DNA of 64,000 nt, from positions 4,205 through 68,204 of the forward strand of contig JAZOWX010000033.1 in NCBI GenBank assembly GCA_045659405.1, written 5' to 3'. Under the pieces are notes generated by a model. The model saw only the letters and a program-made list of their open reading frames with translations. It did no database searches and was not told the origin of the DNA. Made by a program: the position numbers and the translations under genes. The DNA is from Eubacteriales bacterium (GTDB taxonomy: Bacteria; Bacillota; Clostridia; Oscillospirales; CAG-272). Shown here piece by piece: positions 30,101 through 34,972 of the stretch (position 1 is the first letter of the stretch; the number at the start of each line of letters is the position of its first letter).

Positions 30101-32394
30101 CGGAAAAAACCGCAAAAGAGCTTAACAGCATAGAGTCATACGAAAGATATCTTGCCGCAAAGGAGCTTCTTGCACAGCCCGGAAAAGAAGTTAAGTCTTA
30201 CGACTCGTCGGCTTATGACAGAGGTGTTGCTGTAAGAGAGTTCTCGAAGCAGAATGCCAAGGGGGCAGAGCCGTCACATCAGGCTTATGACAGACATCTT
30301 GAAAAGCGTGAGATGGCAAAGGCTTATCTCGAGGATAGCAAAGCACCCGTAAAGGCACAGCCCTCGGTTGAGCCCGAGCGCACACCCGAGCCCTCATACA
30401 GCGAGTATGAAAGACATCTTGCAAACCGTGAGATGATGGACTTTGCAAAAGACGCTGACTTCGGTAAAAAAGCTGCAAAAGAAAAGAGCGGCCTGATGTC
30501 GCTTGACGGACTTTCGAAGCAGGAGAAAATGCTGTTGGTTGCACAGGAGCGCACAGAGCTTCTTAACGCTGCATACTCTCTTGAAGCAGAGTCAAAATCC
30601 AACCAGGCTAATGCCGAGGTGGCAAAGGCTCGCTCGAAGAGCGGACCGCGCCGCACAAGAGCCGAGGCAAAGGCTGAAGCGCAAGAGCTTTCGGCGCTCA
30701 GTAAGGCGCAGAGCCGTCAGGCTAAAATAGCCAAAAAGACCGCTAAATCTCTCAAAAACGTAAGCTCGTATGAAAAATACCTTGCTACAAAAGAGCTTTT
30801 GACAAACTCGCAAAAGACAAAGGATGACTCTTTCGCTACTTCGGCTTATGACAGAAGCCTTATGGAAAAAGAGCTTTCTGCAATGGGTGCCAAAAGGTCG
30901 GAATCATCCTATGACGAGTACGAAAGACATCTTGCGAAAAAAGAGCTTTTGAGTGCAAATGCGTACAGACCCGAGCCAACGTACGACGAGTATGACAGAC
31001 ATCTTGAAAAGCGTGAAATGCTTCAGGTTGCCAAAGACCCGACGCTCAGCGGCACATATTCTGCAAGTCAAAAACCTCTTGCAGGACGCACCAAGCGTCA
31101 GCTTCGTTCGGAAGCAAAGCGCAGAAGTGCGGAATGTGAGCTTGAGGCTAAACGTCTTTTGAAGGAGTCAAAGGATGCGGATAAGCTTGCAAAAGAGGAG
31201 CGTAAGCAAGCCAAAAGAGCAAAGCGTGCCCAAAAGCCGTACCACTTAAGTCAGGCTGAAGCGTATGAAGCCCACAGCCTTGAATTGAAGGCGTTGGCCG
31301 AGGCCGCAACACTTGAGGCGGCGGAGCTTAAGGATTTGCACACTCTCGCTGAGTTTGAAAAATACAATGCAAACAAGGAAGCCCTCGCTTTTGCGGCATC
31401 CCGTGATCAGTATGAGGCAAAGCCCCGTGCAGGTAAAGCGGATTTTGCGGATGCAGACCGTCATATAAAGCACGACCGTGCCGCAATAAACAAATTCTGC
31501 CGTGAGCAATCCGATTATGACGAGACAATGATATTGCGCCGTTATGAGACAAAGCTTGCGACAGCGTATTCGGAAATGCAGATAAAGAAGCTTCATTTCG
31601 GTGAAAAGAACCGTAAGTACAAGAAAAAGTACGACGCTCTTTGCAAGGAGCGTGCAATGGTAGAGGCTCATATTCCGAAGGCGATGAAGGCTGAAAAGCG
31701 TGACAACGAGCGTTATTATGCAGTAGTAAAGAGCGATATCAATAAGATGAAGCTTCCGAAGCACGCCAATAAAGAGGCGCTTACAGAGCTTCAAATAGAG
31801 ATTGAAACTCTGCTTCGTGAGCGTGATGCTGTAAACCGTGAGCTTATTGCGCTTTACAATAGCTCAAAAACTGCGGACGACACCAAGAATAACACCTTTG
31901 AACGTCTTAAAACAGCGAGAAAGGGCGCAAAGTCTGCGTACAACAAGCAAAGAAAGCTTGCTAACGAAATAGACGCTTTGCATATACCTCTTGACGAAAA
32001 GAAGAAAATCTATGACCCGATGAACCGTATAACGCAGCTTAATGCCGAGATAAACGAGCTTATATACCGCATCGAGCGTGAAAAGCTCAAGGGACGTGCA
32101 AAGAATGCGGCTATATCGAGCATCAAAAAGAAAAAGAGCGAGCGTGCGCACCTTGAGCGTGTTGTAAAGGCTCTTTCGAAAAAGGCGAAGAAAAAGGCTT
32201 ACCGTGAGCGTGAGGAAAGAAAGCTTCAGCTGTTCTGGATAGTAATTCTTCTTATCGTTGTAGCAGCAGGAATTGCGGCTTGGTATTTCCGTGCGGATAT
32301 AATGAGTTATATAAAAAGCTTTGCTAAAGCTACCATTCCCGAATCCGTACTGACGGTTTTGAGTTCTGTATTTGGAGGTGCTATAAATGGCTGA
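21109..32394 (+). CDS. giant (3,761 aa) tail-anchored, highly charged coiled-coil repeat protein of unknown function
   Basis: A single stop-free frame of 11,286 nt, with an AGGGGGA RBS 9 nt upstream of the ATG. In-frame repeat families are diverged yet keep the frame. A C-terminal hydrophobic helix lies at 32224-32289. No signal peptide. Confidence 0.85.
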   Translation: MSDLTNINENEAVNVGGASENKEQGAAADAAQLAYLVYARKYRKKLQAEKRKAAKAAAEAKEAEAAEAAAEEASTEMPESASAVENELPVAEAAPEQQSEQMPKPQDEEALADGQAQQAAEDNQEAAEDAAEPEKTDNDNNVEDERKSDASVSEATPTEAEAEPEAEAAPETETAPETSETENSSPDFSDDSDMVIKVDSEPQKKKNTLDGIDMDLNIGEPEEPEEPQNEKNTLDGVDMDLNMGELASAPTPGQMPRNPDDGMTIRIDEQIKENENLINISARVYPEAAFDSLMREKAAITKMIDDHYNAYADEMERLRKKHMFLRMDATARAAAERSEEFKLLQQEEERYNREVKDLERRRDEAAKTYLDRKADLERIIDEFDAKKRDMDTLAGAAQRIAAGAADVTSAIANGLAQSGFDSNAARAEAAVANANLEKERAVAAAVLEKEKALADARLEAEKRAAAEARLEAEKKAAAEARLAAEKKAAEAKPEAARASDEKAKEPAVKTAPMDTKGQGLEAAEPEKSKPAGHVVVPGAIDKARDDAQLQKKLAERLSEPKRIEVEPKDLPAYIASAEKDLSKLDKEYKKLENAAPKTEAERIENAVDRLGVRRRAVERMTDKLLACRAAGAPTSVCEKHRDELGSAVARYNADVDGYKALTGHELTRAESDMAERVLRGEPYQQLPVIKSRNEVVSKEDGKPVEDAAPADIENAPLKVDTVVDNRRQRSADAEDRVSERTPDEGYAKEQGEDRLPQGEYADVSGAKKKPSALDGLSKREIRRRMNAEKAALREQSLELAESAKKNAAKSKEAAKLAKHGSKEERQKNKEEAIEYAKRSAADEALSKEKAQTEKSLKTLKDYEKYLLDREALDAVAEPDTSAYDKALEARKADEERVLRELEREDQDLESLARTDELDEAVAEEDAELQRQLSEYRNEQIKRADVDLAGLSSYLESTQKDLDELDKQYKELEAQEPANDAERIENAVARLGVKRGVVEKMTDKLLACKGAGAPSAVCEKHKNELNDSAEQYNSIVDEYKALTGHDLTRAKTDMADRILRGEEYQLLPVVKSRHEVLSTEDGQPVDNVLSSDAEGAPIKIDTVVDGKHQLTEEVEPNKEDGTGKDATVIMTEKEIPAFFKKQKQKEEKLRERDSVLATLNPDNTEDRIAVIVERLGTQRELVDSLSKDMKLAVKTGDKKKTRSYKKQLTSHINQYNNLADEYERITGNSLTRADKNIPGYIMRGEKYKPIPVLTYRKEAPDGTLLSDSLGAGTTCGAAYSLIPERQRRELEKRGVIEKKKATSIEGLSKKEARERLKAEKAALHEEYLALAESAKKNAAKSAEAEKLAKKGSKEEREAHLAEAAEYANRSATEEALARQKAQTEKDLRTLKDYENYLIEREKAAELSRAREEEYRAALSAVQKEPTEEMLEYERFRKLDKKQKREKLKEEKKKLFEAARDDEDKAKLVAQQAKEERKLAKRGTREERAEHRAEADKLEAKAKQASEDAKNAKETAIALKNEKDYERYLKGRAERAEIRRREEEVAKSAREKAPETLDEQEIAEQTEKSDALISQADTEEIVHSKIDDEEAAPSGEAAEESAYSRDSADEALSSEASSDAAQAAVESFRQLSAQEQEQQIDEDKKLLLEEARVNEEKASLAEEQAQKERELSKSGTPAERDAHKAEAERLLNKSAEYSLAAQRSAALADEISSTEAYESYLSGVASGDGQIRPYGMSNDEAYETMEAAKRQIGSTDKALARAELEEFMSLSAKEKRDVVEQKKRALLEEAQNNKEKAELISEQAKEERKLSKSGTRTERTAHRAEAERLDKIAEDAREKAKAAKAAAKSFKNKNDYQEYLQMRAQIEESLFKKNEEAFDAKVKSITPAAYYGESELDEFKNLSRREKREKIKSEKLALLEGVRANEERARLALEREREERKLARRGTRAERAEHAAEAERLRKIAEDAEEKARIAKREARLLKEEGDYVDYLTRRDAITESFDEEDSVKSVSGETAEISSTDEAVDVADAAAAAPAEASTSQTDTEEAISEKAHETELEKFRKLTEDEQLERINEARIRLLEEARANDENARMAEDAARREYRLSQQVAPEERDFHRAEADRLVRRSEEFQKAAELGIKTVKELDSRSAYEKHLTAKLAKDTDEDGQIKPYGMTDKEAYESMLSAKRYAANSTDRALAKAELEEFSKLSLSEKRAKIEEEKLALLKEARENAEKAKLAAEKAKEEKKLAKRGSRAERAEHEANAERLEKSADNANESAKTARQTAALLKSQEDYKNYLAMRAQVEKFIQESEVAKSARRDAEIVSAIENTELGKFRRLSAQAKKERIKEERLALLEDAREIEKQARIAKEEAAIEARLSRLGTDEERVAHEARADVLSKESDENSKIAESIVQTAKEIGDITAYEKYLALKEEKALASAKQRNARRRDLSTLDGLSEREKKARLIEERNLLLNEAEAYDAEAKISKENAKAAKSSARNDRYRERSETRAELKALSKLAAEQKLQAKEARIAAKSLRSVADYEKYLASGAAAKAAAYKKPVGANADSAIKTYGLTDKEAYESMVAVKRMEAASSDKVLARAELEDFRKLSTKEKKAKIKQEKAALLEQARESEAEANLAAVRAKEEKKLAKRGMRAERAAHKEKADKLSLRSVELGQTAKQRAKTAKEINSIYAYEKYLENKVASIPASEEKPTSKSYNNGLSPLEMQRTLNDAAMAEQSISQITALDEFNALPEREKKAKIAEERKLLRDVADSLDAESKANKTSVRQTKALSRRDLYIGIEDSFNESKLFAKRRAEQKHQAKEARKAARSLKTVNDYEKHLAKAELAAIHEEEKTRKALAHEISLLTNVQPVRARSAEPSYEAYDRYLEKLEMAKAYSKEAELSERQKNAAEQTLAKTELEKFRALSPKKQKERIREEKLELLAQARENEEQAKLNAKMANEERKLAKRGSRAERVKHKSEANKLSRRSEEYDIAAKNAEKTAKELNSIESYERYLAAKELLAQPGKEVKSYDSSAYDRGVAVREFSKQNAKGAEPSHQAYDRHLEKREMAKAYLEDSKAPVKAQPSVEPERTPEPSYSEYERHLANREMMDFAKDADFGKKAAKEKSGLMSLDGLSKQEKMLLVAQERTELLNAAYSLEAESKSNQANAEVAKARSKSGPRRTRAEAKAEAQELSALSKAQSRQAKIAKKTAKSLKNVSSYEKYLATKELLTNSQKTKDDSFATSAYDRSLMEKELSAMGAKRSESSYDEYERHLAKKELLSANAYRPEPTYDEYDRHLEKREMLQVAKDPTLSGTYSASQKPLAGRTKRQLRSEAKRRSAECELEAKRLLKESKDADKLAKEERKQAKRAKRAQKPYHLSQAEAYEAHSLELKALAEAATLEAAELKDLHTLAEFEKYNANKEALAFAASRDQYEAKPRAGKADFADADRHIKHDRAAINKFCREQSDYDETMILRRYETKLATAYSEMQIKKLHFGEKNRKYKKKYDALCKERAMVEAHIPKAMKAEKRDNERYYAVVKSDINKMKLPKHANKEALTELQIEIETLLRERDAVNRELIALYNSSKTADDTKNNTFERLKTARKGAKSAYNKQRKLANEIDALHIPLDEKKKIYDPMNRITQLNAEINELIYRIEREKLKGRAKNAAISSIKKKKSERAHLERVVKALSKKAKKKAYREREERKLQLFWIVILLIVVAAGIAAWYFRADIMSYIKSFAKATIPESVLTVLSSVFGGAING
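22813..24897 (+). repeat. three copies of a ~130-160-aa module (copies 22813-23289, 23944-24426, 24505-24897) within the giant ORF
   Basis: Copies 1 and 2 share ERIENAV.RLGV.R..VE.MTDKLLAC..AGAP..VCEKH..EL...YN..VD.YKALTGH.LTRA..DMA.R.LRGE.YQ.LPV.KSR.EV. Copy 3 is divergent and lacks the Cys pair. Confidence 0.7.
23425..31368 (+). repeat. array of 14 (+1 degenerate) copies of an exactly 94-aa / 282-nt module separated by variable linkers, within the giant ORF
   Basis: Module boundaries ([FL]-x-x-L-S ... [DAS]-Y-E-x-[YH]-L) are at 23425-23706, 25015-25296, 25408-25689, 25984-26265, 26401-26682, 26797-27078, 27283-27564, 27715-27996, 28105-28386, 28456-28737, 28915-29196, 29347-29628, 29872-30153 and 30502-30783, plus a degenerate copy at 31087-31368. 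All are in frame with the ATG at 21109. Confidence 0.85.
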
Positions 32395-32608
32395 TTACAG
32401 ACAGGGACGTAATCCTATCGGAGCAATGTCTGCCGAGCAGCGTGCTGCCGCTATTGAAAAAGCAGAAATTCAAAGAATCCGCATCGTTGAATTGCTGGAG
32501 GAAAGAATGCAGGATTTCGCAAGACTCAGCGGTAAAAAATCGCTCGGTAAGCGTAAATACCGCATCGGAAAAGCTCCAAATGATTGGAAAAAGAAAAATA
32601 AGCTTTAA
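32387..32608 (+). CDS. small basic hypothetical protein (73 aa), translationally coupled to the giant ORF
   Basis: The ATG at 32387 overlaps the giant-ORF stop (ATGGCTGA). A GGAGGTG RBS lies 8 nt upstream. The product has a K/R-rich C-terminus. Confidence 0.55.
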   Translation: MADYRQGRNPIGAMSAEQRAAAIEKAEIQRIRIVELLEERMQDFARLSGKKSLGKRKYRIGKAPNDWKKKNKL

Positions 32609-32634
32609 AAAATGCGGAAAAATTTGAAAAACTA

Positions 32635-32662
32635 TTGATTTTTTCAAAAATTATGTTATAAT
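32635..32662 (+). promoter_or_regulatory. sigma-A promoter of the rimP-nusA-infB operon (TTGATT-16 nt-TATAAT with TGn extension)
   Basis: Hexamers at 32635-32640 and 32657-32662, with TG at 32654-32655. Confidence 0.6.
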
Positions 32663-32686
32663 AGTTAGGAAGTTAATAGTGAAAGG

Positions 32687-32714
32687 TGAAGAGTGGCTTG
32701 CGGGTCACTCTTCA
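32687..32714 (+). promoter_or_regulatory. leader hairpin (9-bp perfect stem) between promoter and rimP, candidate NusA-dependent attenuator
   Basis: TGAAGAGTG (32687-32695) pairs with CACTCTTCA (32706-32714) across a 10-nt loop. It is followed by a short interrupted T tract (TTTACGTCTT). Confidence 0.4.
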
Positions 32715-32754
32715 TTTACGTCTTGAGAACATTTATTCCGAAAGGAGCTTTATA

Positions 32755-33219
32755 ATGAAGAAAACAATAAGAGAGACCGTGCAGGAGGCTATTGCGCCTA
32801 CCGTTTCGGAGCTTGGATATTCGATTTGGGATATCACCTATTCAAAGGTTGGCGCGGACTATCACCTTGAAATTACGATTGATTCTCCTCGCGGTATAGA
32901 TATTGAGGATTGCGAGCGTGTACACCGCGCTATCGACCCTATACTTGATGAGTGTGATCCTATCGAGGGATTTTATTACCTTGACGTTTCATCACCCGGA
33001 ATTGAACGTGAGCTTCGTACAGACGAGCATATTCTTGCGTCAATCGGAGTACGTGCCGAGGCGAAGCTGTTTGCTGCAAAGGATGGCAGAAAAAGCATTG
33101 TGGGAAACATCGTCAGCTATGAGGACGGTGTCTTGACTCTTGATGACGGCGAGCAAAGGTTCGTGCTTGAAAAGCAGGAAATTTCAAAGCTCAATACCGT
33201 ATTTTTTGAAAATAAGTAA
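32755..33219 (+). CDS. rimP: ribosome maturation factor RimP
   Basis: Position upstream of nusA and a YYLDVSSPGIEREL motif. The ATG at 32755 has an AAAGGAG RBS. The track start at 32686 lies upstream of the leader hairpin and is rejected. Confidence 0.85.
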   Translation: MKKTIRETVQEAIAPTVSELGYSIWDITYSKVGADYHLEITIDSPRGIDIEDCERVHRAIDPILDECDPIEGFYYLDVSSPGIERELRTDEHILASIGVRAEAKLFAAKDGRKSIVGNIVSYEDGVLTLDDGEQRFVLEKQEISKLNTVFFENK

Positions 33220-33301
33220 ACAATTATTAGAAATATAAACGAAAAACGAAAGGATAGCAACAAGCCGAGACCAAGGTAACGTTGCACGGTAAGTATCAAA
33301 A

Positions 33302-34333
33302 ATGAACGCAGAATTTTTCAACGCACTTGACCTTCTTGAAAAAGAGAATGGAATTTCAAAGGAGTATATGATATCGCAGATTGAGCTTGCTCTGGCAAAC
33401 GCATGCAGAAGGGAGCTTGGCGCTACCACGGTTATCAGAGTTCAGCTTGACCCCGTTAAGCAGGATATGAAGGTTTTCCAGCGCCGTGACGTCGTTGCTG
33501 ACGGTGAGGTTGTAGACCCGCACTATCAGATTTCGCTTTCGGATGCAAAGGCACTCAGCCGCCGTAACAAGCTTGGCGGCGTCGTTGAGACCGAGCTTAA
33601 AACAAAAACCTTCCGTCGTCTTTCCGCACAGGCAGGTAAGCAGATGATAGTTCAGGCTATCCGCACAGCAGAGCGTGACAGACAGACAAGAGAATATGAA
33701 GAAAAGAAGGAAGAAATAATCACAGCTATCGTAGATAAGGTAGATACAACTACCGGAAATCTTATCCTCGATACAGGCACAGGATATGCAACGCTTCTTC
33801 ACTCCGAGCAGATTCCCGGTGAGATTCACGAGGTTGGTGACAGAATAAAGGTATTCATCAGCGAGGTAAAGCGTGGCGAGGTAAGAGGACCTATCGTTAC
33901 TCTTTCCAGAGTTCATCCCAACTTTGTAAAGCGTCTTTTCGAGCTTGAAATTCCCGAAATTCAGGACGGAACAATTCTTGTTCGCGGCATTGCTCGTGAG
34001 GCAGGCTCAAGAACAAAGATAGCTGTTGAATCAAGAGATGAGAACGTTGACGCAATAGGCTCGTGTATCGGTAAGAACGGAATGAGAATTTCCGCAATAC
34101 TTGATGAGCTTGGCGGTGAAAAGATAGATATAATTAAGTATAATGAGGACATTGCACAGTATATTGCTGAGGCTCTTTCTCCTGCAAAGGCGCTTTCTGT
34201 TACAATGGATGGCGAGCGCTCCTGCCGTGTAATAGTTTCCCCTGACCAGCTCTCTCTTGCTATCGGTAAGGAAGGACAGAACGCAAAGCTTGTTGCCCGT
34301 CTTACCGGCTGTAAGATAGACATAAAGGCATAA
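33302..34333 (+). CDS. nusA: transcription termination/antitermination factor NusA
   Basis: N-terminal MNAEFFNALDLLEKENGISKEYM, then S1 and two KH domains (AIGSCIGKNGMRI, AIGKEGQNAKL). Confidence 0.95.
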   Translation: MNAEFFNALDLLEKENGISKEYMISQIELALANACRRELGATTVIRVQLDPVKQDMKVFQRRDVVADGEVVDPHYQISLSDAKALSRRNKLGGVVETELKTKTFRRLSAQAGKQMIVQAIRTAERDRQTREYEEKKEEIITAIVDKVDTTTGNLILDTGTGYATLLHSEQIPGEIHEVGDRIKVFISEVKRGEVRGPIVTLSRVHPNFVKRLFELEIPEIQDGTILVRGIAREAGSRTKIAVESRDENVDAIGSCIGKNGMRISAILDELGGEKIDIIKYNEDIAQYIAEALSPAKALSVTMDGERSCRVIVSPDQLSLAIGKEGQNAKLVARLTGCKIDIKA

Positions 34334-34334
34334 T

Positions 34335-34616
34335 ATGGCAAAAAGTGGCGGAGCCGCACCGAAAAAAATCCCGGTGAGAAGATGCACCGGTTGCGGCGAG
34401 CATTATCCCAAAATCGAGCTGACAAGGGTTTTACGCACTCCGGAGGGTGAGATAATTCTTGACGAGAGTGGCAAGAAATCCGGCAGAGGCGCATATATAT
34501 GCAAGAAAAAGGATTGCCTCAAGAGAGCAAGGCGGGCAAGGAGGCTTGAAAGCTCTCTGCAATGCAATATCCCCGATGAGGTCTACGACAGACTTGAGGA
34601 GGGGCTTTCGAATTGA
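34335..34616 (+). CDS. ylxR: YlxR/DUF448 RNA-binding protein
   Basis: RRCTGCGEHYPKIELTRV...GRGAYIC motif and a conserved position after nusA. Confidence 0.85.
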   Translation: MAKSGGAAPKKIPVRRCTGCGEHYPKIELTRVLRTPEGEIILDESGKKSGRGAYICKKKDCLKRARRARRLESSLQCNIPDEVYDRLEEGLSN

Positions 34617-34939
34617 GTTCGGTTGGAATGGAGCGCATTCTCGGTATGCTTGGACTTGCGATGCGTGCAGGCGAGCTTATAATAGGTACTGATATGATTT
34701 GCCGTGCTATGTCAAAGCATCAAACGATGCTTGTGGTTGTATCCTCGTCGGCATCGGACGGTACGAAAAAGAAGCTTCGCACCAAATGTGAGTTCTATAA
34801 TACAGAGTCGATAGAAATAGACCTGGATACCGAAAAGCTCGGTCATCTTCTTGGAAAAACCTATACCCCGGCAGCCGTTGCGGTTACGCAGAGCGGTATA
34901 GCGGAAGAGATAAGGAAGGCGCACGGCGCCCTATGTTAA
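34613..34939 (+). CDS. ylxQ: L7Ae-family ribosome-associated protein YlxQ
   Basis: GLAMRAGELIIG motif and its position between ylxR and infB. The TTG start overlaps the ylxR stop, with a GAGGAGGGG RBS 8 nt upstream. Confidence 0.7.
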   Translation: MSSVGMERILGMLGLAMRAGELIIGTDMICRAMSKHQTMLVVVSSSASDGTKKKLRTKCEFYNTESIEIDLDTEKLGHLLGKTYTPAAVAVTQSGIAEEIRKAHGALC

Positions 34940-34972
34940 CAATAAGAAAGGAAGTTTCCGTACTCGGAAACG

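Noticed and set aside
23425-31368. The periodic repeats could be read as a CRISPR-like or satellite array.
   Set aside because: The repeats are 282 nt long, diverged, all in one reading frame and separated by coding linkers. There are no short identical direct repeats, no leader and no cas genes.
21109-32394. The giant ORF might be an assembly artefact, with repeats concatenated by mis-assembly.
   Set aside because: The module copies differ from each other at many nucleotide positions, so they are not collapsed or duplicated identical reads. The frame is maintained across every junction, and the flanks are unique genes. I cannot fully exclude it without reads, so read-level validation is listed as a check.
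32623-32650. The hairpin TTTGAAAAA/TTTTTCAAA after the 73-aa ORF as the terminator of the giant-gene unit.
   Set aside because: The stem is A/T only and very weak, and it overlaps the -35 of the rimP promoter. Termination here is unproven, and read-through into rimP-nusA is possible.
32686-32754. Upstream GTG start for rimP.
   Set aside because: The extension would be translated through the leader hairpin. The ATG at 32755 has a proper AAAGGAG RBS and gives a typical RimP N-terminus.
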